Shown here: positions 21,877 to 34,201 of the stretch, piece after piece
How the letters are laid out: each line of letters begins with the position of its first letter
How positions within the stretch are numbered: the stretch's first letter is position 1
NCBI GenBank assembly: GCA_963804955.1
Contig: CAWDSQ010000032.1
Span: 32,001 to 96,000, forward strand
Origin: an uncultured delta proteobacterium
Lineage (GTDB): Bacteria; Desulfobacterota; WTBG01; CAIYCZ01; CAIRTM01
Length of the DNA: 64,000 nucleotides
Direction of reading: 5' to 3'
The notes under the pieces: model-generated
Database searches by the model: none
What the model was told of the DNA's origin: nothing
The model's input: the letters and a program-made list of their open reading frames with translations, nothing else
Made by a program: the position numbers and the translations under genes

Positions 21877-22096
21877 TTACTCAACTTGACTGACTTTTAA
21901 CAGAATCATGGAAAATCCTTGTATTATTCTTGCCCAGGCCAGCCTGTTCAGGGGCACAAAGCGTCGCAAGGGCGGTGCGAATGAATGTGTCGTATCACAG
22001 AAAAAAACTGGTTTTATGAGCACGTAGCCCGACGCAAGCGGCGTGCCACTGAACAGGCTCGCACCAGCTTAAAAAGTCAGTCAAGTTGAGTAATTA
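21874..22096. mobile_element. MITE-like element with ~27-bp terminal inverted repeats
   Basis: taattactcaacttgactgacttttaa (21874-21900) vs ttaaaaagtcagtcaagttgagtaatta (22069-22096); internal IR 21941-21957/22043-22059. Confidence 0.75.
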
Positions 22097-24933
22097 CAGG
22101 ATGACTCTTTCATAAGATATTTTTTAAAAACTGCCCTGTATACGAATTCTTCACCTTTACAATCTCCTCAGGAGTGCCCGCAGGCAACTACATACCCGCC
22201 CCCTTCGCCACCCTCCGGGCCAAGATCAATAATATAATCAGAAGCCTTGATGACATCCATATTATGCTCTATAACAAGCACCGTGTTGCCGCGATCAACA
22301 AGACTGGCAAGAACATCCAGCAGCTTGGCCACATCGGCAAAATGAAGACCGGTTGTGGGTTCATCAAGTATATAGAGGGTATGGCCTTTCTCTCTTCGAC
22401 TCAATTCGCGCGATAGCTTTATGCGCTGCGCTTCACCGCCTGACAAAGTCGTTGCCTGCTGGCCAAGGGTAATATAGTTGAGGCCGACATCGTGCAGAAC
22501 CTGCAGCCTGCCCCGTATTTGCGGTATATTTTCAAAAAAAGGCAGTGCTTCGCTCACGGTCATATCAAGCACGTCAGCAATATTTTTCCCCTTATACAGA
22601 ACCTCAAGAGTTTCCCTGTTATAGCGTCTGCCCCGGCATACATCGCAGGTAACATAAATATCGGGTAAAAAATGCATTTCGATCTGAACCAGGCCATCGC
22701 CCTGACAGGCTTCGCACCTGCCGCCTTTCACATTGAAGCTGAACCGTCCCGTTTTATAGCCACGCATGCGCGACTCCGGCAATCCGGCAAACACCTCACG
22801 AATCGGATCAAAAAGCCCGGTAAAAGTTGCGGGATTAGAGCGCGGCGTGCGGCCTATGGGTGACTGATCAACATTGATGACTTTATCAATTTTATCAATG
22901 CCTCTGATTTCCGCAACGCTGCCGGTCTTTGCTGCTGTTTTATAAAGCTTATGAGCAAGCTGCGCATATAGGGTGTCAACGACCAGGGTGCTTTTGCCGG
23001 ATCCAGACACACCGGTTACACAAACAAAAAGATTCAGCGGTATGGAAACCGTAATGTCTTTTAAATTATTTTCACACGCGCGGATTATCGTGAGCGTATT
23101 TTTTTTCTCGGCAGATCGACGAACAGACAGCGGTCTTTTTGGTGGGCGGGCAAGATAGCGGCCGGTCACAGATTGTGGATTCATCGCAAGCGCATCGGGT
23201 GTGCCGGCACCCACCACATGGCCCCCCTCAGTGCCAGCTCCCGGGCCAAGATCAATGACATAGTCAGCCGCTCTAATCGTCTCCTCATCATGCTCGACGA
23301 CGATAACCGTATTTCCGATATCCCGCAGTTGTCGCAGCGTCATGAGCAACCGCTTTGTATCACGGGCATGGAGTCCGACACTGGGTTCATCCAGCACGTA
23401 CAGTACACCGGTCAGCCGTGAGCCGAGCTGCGTTGCAAGCCGTATACGGTGCGCCTCACCGCCGGACAATGAGCCTGCAATGCGATCAAGGGTCAGGTAC
23501 TCAAGGCCCAAATATGACAGATAATAAAGCCGCTGGCTGATTTCTTTCACAAGCGGTTTAGCTATCTCAGCCCGGCTGCCGCTGAACTGCAGAGACCCCA
23601 TAAAATCCAGGCATGCGGCAACATTCATACAATTAAAATCGTATATTGACGTTGCCGTTCAGTTTGATCGAAAGGCTTTCTTTTCGCAGACGCATTCCCT
23701 TGCAATCATGGCATACAGCCTGATTCATATACTGTAAAAGTTCCTCACGGACCTTTTCGGATTCTGTTTCATGGTAGCGCTTATTGAGATACTGCAGCAC
23801 TCCCTGAAATGGCTTCTCCGTTTTATACAGACTCTTTTTCCCTTCAAAAACCAGCTGATACTTTCTCATCGCCGGAACCGGACAGCAGTATGGTGCGAAT
23901 ACGCAGGGGCAATTTCCTGAAAGGCGTATCAAGAGAAAACCCATAGTGCTGTGCAAGCGAGCCGGCCAGATGTTTTACCCAGAATGAATCCGCGGTGCCC
24001 CAGGGCGCAATGGCTCCCTGGTTGATTGAAAGCCCGCTGTCAGGAACGATCAGCAGAGGATCAAAGTCAACTTTGGTGCCAAGGCCTAAACAGGCCGGAC
24101 AGGCGCCGTAGGGGCTGTTAAAGGAAAACGTGCGCGGGCTGACCTCTGGATAACTAACACCGCAGTCCGGGCAGGCAAGTTTTTCGTTAAACAGCATTTC
24201 GCTGCCACTGCTCAGCAGAACCACGACAAGGCCACCGCTGAAGCGCAGTGCCGTCTGTATCGAGTCGGCAAGCCGCTTTTCAATGCCCGCTTCTAACCAT
24301 AATCCTGTCTACAACGATGTCGATAGTGTGCTGTTTGTTCTTATCAAGGACATAGTCGGCATCTCAAGATCAACCAGAGACACCATCAATCCTGGCTCGG
24401 ATAAATCCTTCCTTTTGCAGATCATGAAGTTCTTTTTTATATTCACCCTTCCTGCCCCGAACCACAGGCGCCAGCAGTATAAGCTTTTCACCTTCGGGCA
24501 GCTCCATAATACGGTCTATCATCTCCTGAATCGTTTGAGATGAAATCTCTCGTCCGCAGGTATGGCAATACGGGGTCCCGAGGCGCGCATACAGCACACG
24601 CAGATAGTCATAAATTTCGGTGACAGTTGCGACCGTCGAGCGGGGATTTTTGCTGACCGTTCTCTGCTCAATGGCGATGGCAGGCGACAGTCCTTCGATA
24701 GAATCAACGTCAGGCTTCTGCATCTGCTCAAGAAACTGGCGGGCATAGGCAGAGAGAGATTCCACATAGCGACGCTGGCCCTCGGCATAGATGGTATCAA
24801 AGGCGAGCGATGATTTGCCGGAACCGCTTACCCCGGTAATGACAACCAGATTATTTTTGGGGATCTCAACATCAATATTTTTAAGGTTGTGAACTCTGGC
24901 GCCTTTTATAATAATTTTTTTCGCTCCAGCCAT
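22081..24933 (-). CDS. uvrA: Excinuclease ABC subunit A (several frameshifts)
   Basis: 'GARVHNLKN', '[24 protein letters not shown]', '[10 protein letters not shown]', '[11 protein letters not shown]', 'LDEPTTGLH'. Confidence 0.97.
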
Positions 24934-24957
24934 GCCGGTACATTCCTTAAAAATAAA

Positions 24958-24984
24958 AAGCACCCGTCTCAGTAACGGGTGCTT
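24958..24984. terminator. Intrinsic terminator-like hairpin just upstream of uvrA
   Basis: aagcacccgt-loop-acgggtgctt preceded by an A-tract (U-tract on minus strand). Confidence 0.5.
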
Positions 24985-25251
24985 GTATTGTAATATAGAG
25001 CGAAAAAAAACTCTAAGAAAATTCTTATCAGTGCCGCCGAAATTACGCCTACCTTATTCGATGAAGCGGATCGATTGAAAATCCGCATGCAGATCTTCTG
25101 ATGAAAGACGGACACAGAAAAGATTTACGTTCGCTGCTAATTATGGTCATGGATTAATTAAGACCGATTCATCAACACAGCGAGAGGTTCAACAACTCGC
25201 TTCCGCACATGATCACATATCCCACATTCAAGGTGCCTGCATACAGCTTGC

Positions 25252-25284
25252 AAAAAAAATAGCCGGTTATTTCTAACCGGCTAT
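25252..25284 (-). terminator. Intrinsic terminator of the histone-like gene
   Basis: Minus strand atagccggttag-aaa-taaccggctat followed by a T-run. Confidence 0.8.
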
Positions 25285-25307
25285 CTCAGAACTGATGGAA
25301 ACAACGC

Positions 25308-25503
25308 TTACTTCTTGGCCTTTTTAGCAGGCTTCTTCACTGCAGCCTTTTTCTTGGGTGCGGCTTTTTTCTTGGGTGCTGCTTTTTCTTTGGCGACTGC
25401 TTTCTTGAGGTCGCCTTCAAACTTTTTAATTTTCTTGCCCAGCTTAGCCAACTGCTTTTTTATTTGCTGCTATCCACAATTTAATTTGTTTGGAACTTGC
25501 CAT
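25308..25503 (-). CDS. Small Lys/Ala/Pro-rich histone H1-like protein (one frameshift; absent from ORF track)
   Basis: GGAGG RBS; removing one A from an A-run gives MASSKQIKLWIAANKKQLAKLGKKIKKFEGDLKKAVAKEKAAPKKKAAPKKKAAVKKPAKKAKK. Confidence 0.75.
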
Positions 25504-25725
25504 GAATAATCCTCCTTGTTTGATTTGTTGTGTAACATTAACACTACAATTTTTTTATCGGATTAATCATAGTAAACTTAAATAAAAAATTTTTAAATTA
25601 AAAATCAATGAAAACAATAAAAATGGTCGCAAGCATGCTGACAAAAATAGTATAGCGCAAAATTTTTCAATCTAAAAAAAAACTTTCTTAACCTCTCACA
25701 GGGCATCTGCGTTGATGTGATGTTT

Positions 25726-26458
25726 TTATCGGCCGACAGAAAGTCTGTGTGCCAGAAAATCCGGCAAGCCTGCACGCCTGAACTTTTCTCTGGGCAGACA
25801 CAAGGTCATATTCTACACGGACCAGATAATACCGGTTGCCTGAAGCATCATAAACACCATAGCTGGCGCGGGGATCACCGTCACGGGGCTGCCCTACGCT
25901 GCCGCAGTTTATTATATATCGACAGTACGGATGAAGGGTAAGGCTTGCCGGCAATTCCCGCACAACTGGCTGCATCTTCAAACTTTACAAAAATTGCGGG
26001 GCAATGCGTATGCGCGATAAAACACAAACGATGATTGAATGTCTCGAAGACAGCTTCAGCATCCATTGCATTGAAAACATACCTCCACGGTATCAGGCAT
26101 ATTCGGCGTCGCATGCACACACAGCAGTTCATTCATATCAAGTATAAGCGGCAGTGACAGAAGAAACAACTTATTTTTCCGGGTTAATTGTGCACATGTC
26201 CACGCCAGAGCATCACCGGCCACAGCGTTAAAAGTATCGTACTGACTGCCTGCCTGCGGCAGCCCAATCATGATTTCCTGCGACGGCTAGTTTGTTAGGG
26301 TCTGCAGCTGTTCTATGCATTCATTTGGATTTGCCCCGTACCCTACAATATCTCCCAGAAAAATGATCACGATCCACATGCTCGTTCTTTATTGACTCGC
26401 ATACGGCTGTAAATGCCTCAAGGTTGCCGTGCACATCGGATATAAATGCGGTTTTCAT
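25726..26458 (-). CDS. Metallophosphoesterase family protein (multiple frameshifts)
   Basis: 'FISDVHGNLEA', 'LGDIVG', 'GNHD', 'AHTHCP', 'INCGSVGQPRDGDPRASY'. Confidence 0.85.
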
Positions 26459-26697
26459 GTGATATCAGGCTTGTCTTAGTTGCATTTTTAAAGTATAAAG
26501 TATATACAAGTTTCACATATTAAAAAAGCATATTGTATTCCTGCTTCCAGTGAAATTGTTTCAGTCCTATTCCTGAGCATGATCACCAAGATATTACGCC
26601 ATTGTCTATAACCGGATGTATTGAAAATGAGTTGCATCCATATATGCTTTTTTATATAGTTTGCCACCCTGATTAAATTTTTTGAGACAAAATCGAC

Positions 26698-27793
26698 ATG
26701 TCAGACGAAAAAAAACAATTGCAGACACTCAGAGAGCAGATCGACGCAATCGACGATCAGGTTGCTTGACACTTCTTAACAAACGCGCATCTCTTGTGCT
26801 TGAAATCGGTCATCTAAAAAAGCAGGCAAATCGGCAAATTCTTGTGCTTGAACGCGAAGAATCAATTTACCAGAGACTGGTCACACTCAACCAGGGGCCA
26901 TTCCCCTCAAGCGCGATACGGCCAATTTTTCGGGAAATCATATCGGCATCACTGTCTCTGGAAAAAACACTCCAGATTGCATGCCTGGGGCCCGAAGCAA
27001 CATTCTCTCATATTGCAGCCATTCAGCAGTTCGGACAGGCTGCCAACTTCACCTTCACGCGAGGAGTTCCCGATATTTTTGATGAGGTGGAACGCGGTCG
27101 GGCTGACTACGGCGTCGTGCCAATTGAAAATTCAACCGAAGGCGTTGTTAACCTGACGCTCGATATGTTCATAGAATCCCCTCTGCAGATATGCTCCGAG
27201 GTAATGCTTGCCATATCGCAATGCCTTCTTTCCACTGAACAGGAGCTTGAGTGATATCAAAGTTGTCTATTCGCATCCCCAGCCTATTGCCCAATGCTAC
27301 AACTGGCTCGCAAAGAACATGCCCCATGCCGAAATCAAAGAAACTTTCAGCACGGCTGTTGCCGCGCAAATGGCAAAAACAGAGCCCGGCAGCGCAGCCA
27401 TTGCCAGTGAGTTTGCCGCACAAACCCATGAGCGTGCCTGTTCTACGGCAGCGCATAGAAGACAATGCGCAAAACTACACCCGTTTCTGGGTTATCGGCA
27501 GACAGTCTCCCGGTAGAACCGGAACAGATAAAACCTCAATCATGTTTTCCATTAAAGACGGTGTCGGAGCTCTGCATGAAATACTGAAGCCATTCAGCAC
27601 CCATGCTATCAATATGACCAAAATAGAATCACGGCCTTTCAGGAAAAAACCCTGGGAATACATATTTTTTATCGATATTGAAGGCCACCAGCAGGACGAG
27701 CACATCAAGTCTGCCCTTGACGAAGTGGCGGCATCAGCCCAATTCATGAAAGTTCTCGGCTCGTACCCCCGCAGCGATCGCATGCTGCCCTGA
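26698..27793 (+). CDS. pheA: Chorismate mutase/prephenate dehydratase (frameshifted)
   Basis: 'LGPEATFSH', 'VPIENSTEG', 'YSHPQ', 'NYTRF', 'NMTKIESRP'. Confidence 0.95.
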
Positions 27794-27811
27794 GGTGACC
27801 GGTGAAATATC

Positions 27812-28691
27812 ATGTTCAATCATATCGCAATAGCCGGCCTCGGACTCATCGGCGGATCACTTGCCCGTGATATACGCAAGCTCGGTCTTGCCGCAACCAT
27901 CACAGGCTTTGGCCGCAATCCTGAGCGCCTTAAAAAGGCCTGTGAAATGGGCTTAATCGACGCCTGGCATACCGACTTTACACAGGGCATTGCACAGGCC
28001 GATCTTGTTATCGTCGGCACCCCCGTTCGGCTTATACCGCAGCAGATTCTTGAAATGCTGCCGCATGTGAAGCAGGGCGCAGTAATCACTGATGTCGGCA
28101 GTGTTAAAACAGCCATTATTGAACAGATCGAGCCCGCATATGCCGCCTGGCGTTTTTTTTATCGGCGGACATCCTATTGCAGGCACTGAAAATTCAGGTT
28201 TTGAGTCATCAATACGAAGGATCTTTTTAAAAATCGCGCCTGCGTTTTGACGCCAACCGACAAAACCGACCCGCAGGCACTTAAAAAACTTGCGGAATTC
28301 TGGACAGCCGTCGGAGCACATGTTGTGCAGATGGACATAAAGACGCATGACATGATATTTGCCGGCATCAGCCACCTGCCCCACATGGTGGCCTTTTCAC
28401 TGGTGAATGCTGTCACTGATATGGAAAACTTCGAAAAGCAGATACTGCAGTATTCCGCAGGCGGCTTTCGTGATTTCACCCGTATCGCAGCAAGTGATCC
28501 TGTCATGTGGCGTGATATTGCATTAATGAACAAAGACCATATTCTCAATGCCATAGACTTTTTTCGAAAAATCCCTTGGCGCATTGAAACAAAGCATTGC
28601 AGCAGGCGATGCATCACTGATTGAACAGTTCTTTAAAAAATCGCACGATACTCGACGCGACCATATAACAAACATTGAGCTTTATCATTGA
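27812..28691 (+). CDS. tyrA: Prephenate/arogenate dehydrogenase (frameshifted)
   Basis: 'GLGLIGGSL', 'TDVGSVK', 'SHLPH', 'GGFRDFTRIAASDPVMWRDI'. Confidence 0.93.
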
Positions 28692-29992
28692 GCACACTAA
28701 CCACACAAAAAGCATCTAAACTCAAAGGTGAGTTGACGCTTCCCGGTGACAAATCCATTTCACATCGGGCAATCATCTTTTCCGCTCTCTCATCAGGAAA
28801 ATGCGAAATACACAACCTGTGTTCAGGCGAAGACGCTTCCAGAACCCTTGAAATTTTCCGTCAAATGGGCATACAGGCGGAATGCCCCGGCGCAACCATG
28901 TTATCTATTACCGGCAAAGGGCTGCATGGCCTGCAGGAGCCGTCGACGGTGCTGTATACCGGCAACTCAGGGACAACGACACGCCTTATGGCAGGACTTC
29001 TGAGCCCGCAGCGTTTTTTTACCGTGCTGTCGGGCGATGCATCCCTCAACCAGAGACCAATGAAACGGGTAGTCGGCCCTTTGCGCCAGATGGGCGCGTG
29101 CATACATGGCCGCAGTGACGGTAATTTTGCACCTCTTGCTATTACGGGATCACCCCTGCAGGGGCATTGACTACATATTGCCTGTTGCCAGCGCTCAAAT
29201 AAAATCAAGCCTTATGCTTGCCGGCCTCTATGCTGATGGCATCACGAGGATCACAGAACCGGCGCTGTCCCGGGATCATACTGAACGTATGCTTGAGCAT
29301 CTCGGCGTTCCGATCTACCGGAAATCAGCAACTGTTGCAATTACTCGCAGCCGCGGATATACGCCCCGAGCGGTATGACATCCCCGGGGATATCTCGTCA
29401 GCTGCTTTTTTCATTGTCGCAGCACTGCTGGTTCCAGGCTCAGAAATAGTGCTGAAGGGAATCGGCGTAAATCCAACACGAACCGGCATTATTGATATTT
29501 TACAGGCCATGGGCGGCATGATAGAGCTGCAGAACATCCGGACGGTCTGTGGCGAACCGGTTGCCGATATTTTCGTGCGGGCAAGCCGGTTAAAGGGCAT
29601 TATGATAAACGGCGGCATTATTCCACGTGCCATCGATGAAATCCCCGTGGTGGCCATAGCTGCCGCATGCGCAGAAGGAACAACAGTTATTAGCGACGCT
29701 GCGGAGCTGCGCGTAAAAGAATCCGACCGCATCGCCACCATGACCAGCGAACTGAAAAAATGCGGCGTTACGGTGCAGGAACATGAAGACGGGATGATAA
29801 TCACCGGCGCGGAACAGCTTGCAGGGAGCACGCTGCCAAAGTTACGGCGACCACCGCATTGCCATGTCCTTTGCCGTTGCAGGCCTTGTGGCGCACAGCG
29901 AAATGACCATTGAGGACAGCGACTGCATCAATACATCATTTCCTGAATTTATGCCAAAACTCACAGAACTGTATACAGCTAACGACTGCTAA
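28688..29992 (+). CDS. aroA: EPSP synthase (frameshifted)
   Basis: 'PGDKSISHR', 'GNSGTTTRL', 'ASAQIKS', 'RDHTERML', '[10 protein letters not shown]'. Confidence 0.96.
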
Positions 29993-30000
29993 AAAGTGCC

Positions 30001-30686
30001 ATGACCAGCTCCATAATTACCATCGACGGACCTGTCGGCTCGGGTAAAAGCACTATCGGACGGCTTCTGGCTCAAAAGCTTGGTCTTGTGTACCTTGACA
30101 CCGGCGCCATGTACCGCGTTATTGCGCTTGAAGCCCGTGAGCGAGGGATTGAGGCCGGCGATGAACATGCTCTCGCAGCCTTGTCCGAAACAACAGACAT
30201 ACTGTTCAAGCAGTCCGATGATAGGCAGCTGGTATTTTCATCGGGCCGCGATGTAACTGATGCCATTCGCACCCCGGAGATCAGCATGCTTGCATCGCGC
30301 ATTTCTGCGCTCAAATCGGTCCGCAGTGCTCTTGTAGCGCTGCAGCGTCAGATCGGCAGCCATGGCGGCATCGTTGTCGACGGACGCGATGCCGGCACCG
30401 TCATCTTCCCGCATGCCCGGTTCAAGTTCTACCTTGATGCCAGCAGTTGAAATACGGGCCCAACGACGCTATAAAGAATGTATTGAAAAAAAAATAAATA
30501 TCGATTATAATGATTTGTTTTTAGATATACAAAAGCGCGACCATGATGACAGCAGCCGGAGCATAGCGCCACTAAAGCCGGCCCCCGGATGCCGTCATTA
30601 TAGATACAACCACGATGACACTTGAGGATGTTCTCGAAGCGATTTCATCACGCATCGACTTGGATGAACAGGCCTCATTGCCATAA
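30001..30686 (+). CDS. cmk: Cytidylate kinase (frameshifted)
   Basis: 'ITIDGPVGSGKST', 'LDTGAMYR', 'DGRDAGTV'. Confidence 0.95.
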
Positions 30687-30714
30687 ATAAAAACGGAAGA
30701 GAGGAAAAAGAACA

Positions 30715-32500
30715 ATGGAACAAACTACTAACACCAACCAGCCTGCTGAAAATATGCGAGCAGGCAAACAGCGCTTTGATTGACGGCGAAAGCTTCGAAC
30801 AAATGCTGGAAGAAAGTCTGAGTGCGCGCAAGGTGCAGACAGACGAGGTCGCACAGGGACGCATCATTCAGATTACAGCCGATTATGTTATCGTCGATGT
30901 CGGCTGCAAATCCGAAGGACAGATTCCCATCGAGGAATTCAAGGACGCCGACGGCAATATGACCGTTAAAGTAGGCGACAAAGTCGATGTCTTCATTGAA
31001 GGATGGGAGAACGAAACCGGCATGATGCCTCTGTCCAAGGACAAGGCGGATAGAATGCGCGTATGGGACACCGTGAGCAAGGTCTATGACGACGACGGCC
31101 TTATCGAGGGAAAAATCGTGTCCAAGATCAAAGGCGGCCTTGCAGTTGATGTCGGCCTGAAGGCATTTCTGCCCGGCTCGCAGATCGATCTGCATCCGGT
31201 GCGGGATCTCGACAGGCTGATCGGCCAGACCCTTCAGTTCAAAATACTGAAACTGAGCAAAAAACGCGGCAATATCGTGCTTTCCCGCCGCGCAATTCTC
31301 GAAAAAGAGCGTGAAAGCCTTCGATCAGAGACGCTCAAAAACATCGAAGAAGGCTCTATCGTTAAAGGCACGGTCAAGAATATCACCGATTACGGCGTAT
31401 TCATCGATCTTGGCGGTGTAGACGGCCTGCTGCATGTGACCGATATTTCCTGGGGCCGCATCACATCCCCGCGCGATTACTTCAATATCGGTGATGTCAC
31501 CGATGTGAAGATCCTGAGCTTTGACCGCGAGAATCAGCGTGTCGCTCTCGGATTCAAACAGATGAAAACAAACCCCTGGGAGCTTGTTCAGCAGACATAC
31601 GCGATCAATAACCGGGTCAGCGGCAAGGTGGTCAATATCACCAATTACGGGGCATTCATCGAGCTTGAGGAAGGTGTTGAAGGGCTTATTCATATCTCCG
31701 AAATGTCCTGGACGAAAAAGGTCAAGCATCCCTCACAGCTGATCTCAATAGGCGACGTCGTAGAGGCAGTGGTGCTTGATGTCGATGTTGCCAGAAAGCG
31801 CATCTCGCTGGGCCTCAAGCAGCTTGAGCCCAATCCCTGGTCGGTTATCGAAGAGCGGTATCCGGTCGGCACGGTTGTTGAAGGAAAAATCAAAAACATC
31901 ACCGATTTCGGCATATTCATCGGCCTTGATGAAGGCATTGACGGACTTGTCCACATCTCGGATATATCCTGGATACAGAAAATCAAGCATCCTGCCGAGG
32001 TGTATAAAAAAAGCGACATGGTCAAGGCGGTCGTGCTCAGCATTGACAAGGAAAACGAGCGCTTCTCCCTTGGCATCAAGCAGCTTGAGCCCGATCCATG
32101 GGAAGAAGTTCCCAAAAAGTACCGCCGCGGCCAGGTTGTAAAGGGCATGATTACCAATATAACTGATTTTGGAATTTTCCTTGAGATTGAGGAAGGCATC
32201 GAAGGGCTGGTTCATGTATCGGAAATAGCCGAAGACAAAGCCCAGAACCTGAAAGAATTCGCACAAGGTCGGCGAGCCGCTTGAAGTGCTTATTATCAGC
32301 ATAGACAAGCGCAATCGCAAAATCGGTCTCAGCCTTCGCGAACTCCGTCAGGCGCAGGAAGAATTTGCAACTGAAAGGCTATATTGCGCAGCAGGAATCA
32401 AGCCCGAATGCAACACTGGGCGATGTTCTCAGAGCTGCCGCTGAGATGAAGGCACAGGAAGCAAAAGATGAAGAAGCCAAAGCAAGATGCAACAGATTGA
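30715..32500 (+). CDS. rpsA: 30S ribosomal protein S1 (frameshifted at both ends)
   Basis: Repeated S1 domains 'VKNITDYGVFIDLGGVDGLLHVTD', 'EGLIHISEMSW'. Confidence 0.97.
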
Positions 32501-32539
32501 CAGAAACAAAGTAGCTCCGTCATTTTGTAAAAATCCAAG

Positions 32540-32576
32540 GGAAGGTGCTGGCATTCAGCACCTTCCTTTCTTTTTT
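32540..32576 (+). terminator. Intrinsic terminator after rpsA
   Basis: ggaaggtgctg-loop-cagcaccttcc followed by tttctttttt. Confidence 0.75.
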
Positions 32577-32588
32577 CAGGATCCGACC

Positions 32589-33485
32589 ATGAAAAAAAAT
32601 TATTTTTTAACAGGCTTTGTCCTCCTTTTTTCCATCGGCATTGCCAGCATACTGGGAGTGTGGCTTTTCAGCAGTCAAACCATTCATTTCGGCAGTTCCC
32701 TAACTGGCGGCAGCAAAATTGGTGTTATTGAGGTGGAGGGGGTAATCACCCAATCACGCAGCATAATAAAAACCCTGAACAGCTATAAAAACAACCCCCA
32801 TATTAAAGCTATTGTTATTCGCATTGATTCACCCGGCGGCGGAGTTGCCCCCTCCCAGGAAATCTATGAAGAGCTCATAAAAGCACGAGAGAAAAAAGTC
32901 CTTATAGCCTCAATGGGTTCAGTTGCTGCATCAGGCGGCTATTATATCGCCTGCGCTGCACATAAAATCTTTGCCAACCCGGGCACCATTACCGGCAGCA
33001 TCGGCGTCATTATAGAATTTGCTAATATTGAAGAACTGCTTGGTAAAATCGGCCTGAAAAGCGTTGTTGTAAAAAGCGGAAAATACAAAGATATTCTTTC
33101 ACCGACCCGTGAACTGGAAAATGATGAAAGAGCACTTATTCAGGGTGTCATAGACAGCATACAGGGTCAATTTATAGATGCCGTTGCACTGGGCCGGAAT
33201 ATTCCACGAGCAAAAATAGCAGAAATAGCCGATGGCAGGATATTTTCCGGCGAACAGGCAAAATCGCTCGGACTCGTTGATGAACTGGGAAATCTTGAGG
33301 ATGCGATTAAATCTGCCGCTGAAAAAGCCGGCATAAGCGGTGAGCCTGATGTCCTATACCCCGAGAAAAAACGCCCATCAATACTGGATTATGTGATTGA
33401 AGAATCCATTTCAAAAATCAGTGAAGTACTAACCAGGGGCACCATGAGCGCACAGTATATTATCCAGTCCAATCACCAGCACTGA
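32589..33485 (+). CDS. sppA: Signal peptide peptidase SppA (short form)
   Basis: 'RIDSPGG', 'AASGGYYIA', 'TGSIGV', 'ADGRIFSG'. Confidence 0.95.
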   Translation: MKKNYFLTGFVLLFSIGIASILGVWLFSSQTIHFGSSLTGGSKIGVIEVEGVITQSRSIIKTLNSYKNNPHIKAIVIRIDSPGGGVAPSQEIYEELIKAREKKVLIASMGSVAASGGYYIACAAHKIFANPGTITGSIGVIIEFANIEELLGKIGLKSVVVKSGKYKDILSPTRELENDERALIQGVIDSIQGQFIDAVALGRNIPRAKIAEIADGRIFSGEQAKSLGLVDELGNLEDAIKSAAEKAGISGEPDVLYPEKKRPSILDYVIEESISKISEVLTRGTMSAQYIIQSNHQH

Positions 33486-33549
33486 GACTCAATGAGGATA
33501 GAGGAAAAACGCCAGTTTGCGGCGAAACACCGTGATTCAGGAGGAGTAT

Positions 33550-33846
33550 ATGGCAATTGCAGAAGTAAGCATTGTGCCCTTGGCACTGCAACGACAAGCG
33601 TCAGCGATTTTGTGGCAGGAGCTGTAAGCATTTTACAAACTTCAGGCCTCCGCTTTGAGCTGACCGCAATGGGAACAATGATTGAAGGCGATCTTGTGAA
33701 CGGTTATGGAAACAATACAAAAAATGCATGAGACGCCCTTCACCAAAGGCGTACAGCGTGTGTATACTGTTATTAAGATCGATGACCGCCGCGACAAACA
33801 GACAGGCATGGATTACAAGGTGCATTCTGTTCAGGATAAGCTGTAG
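33550..33846 (+). CDS. MTH1187/YkoF thiamine-binding-family protein (frameshifted)
   Basis: GGAGG RBS; 'MAIAEVSIVP...SVSDFVA...LTAMGTMIEGD...RVYTVIKIDDRRDK'. Confidence 0.8.
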
Positions 33847-33908
33847 TTAAGAGTATTTTCTAAACACTGCAGCCTTTCATAAAAGGCCATCTTCCTAAAA
33901 CGAATCAC

Positions 33909-34000
33909 TATCCGTTCGCCCTGAACCTGTCGAAGGGCCGAATGACCAATGAGCGACAGTTCCGTGCATGGTCACCTTTGACAGGTTCAGGTTCACACGA
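33909..34000. repeat. REP-like palindromic repeat, copy 1
   Basis: tatccgttcgccctgaacctgtcgaaggg ... cctttgacaggttcagg; related copies at ~57957 and ~61770. Confidence 0.7.
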
Positions 34001-34151
34001 AAGAAAGTCCATGCGAGCTGTAGAATGCAGCTGCAAGATAATGAAAAATGCAGTTCAACCACATTGTAAAATCAACATATGCAGCGCGCTTACATATTGC
34101 CAGCCTGCTGATGCTGCATGCTATGTCCCATCGTCAGCTTCATTACAACGC

Positions 34152-34188
34152 AATAAAAAAACCCGCTTATGCAGCGGGTTTTTTTATT
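34152..34188. terminator. Bidirectional intrinsic terminator
   Basis: aataaaaaaacccgct-tatgc-agcgggtttttttatt. Confidence 0.85.
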
Positions 34189-34201
34189 GAAATCATAAAC
34201 C

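Noticed and set aside
24985..25250. Possible ncRNA or small ORF between uvrA and the histone-like gene
   Set aside because: Only a short hairpin; no recognisable RNA family, RBS or convincing ORF.
25315..25509. + strand ORF with 'AAFFLG' repeats
   Set aside because: Antisense shadow of the Lys/Ala-rich gene on the minus strand, which has the RBS and terminator.
33909..34000. Palindromic repeats as a CRISPR array
   Set aside because: Copies are dispersed and degenerate, with no regular repeat-spacer units and no cas genes.
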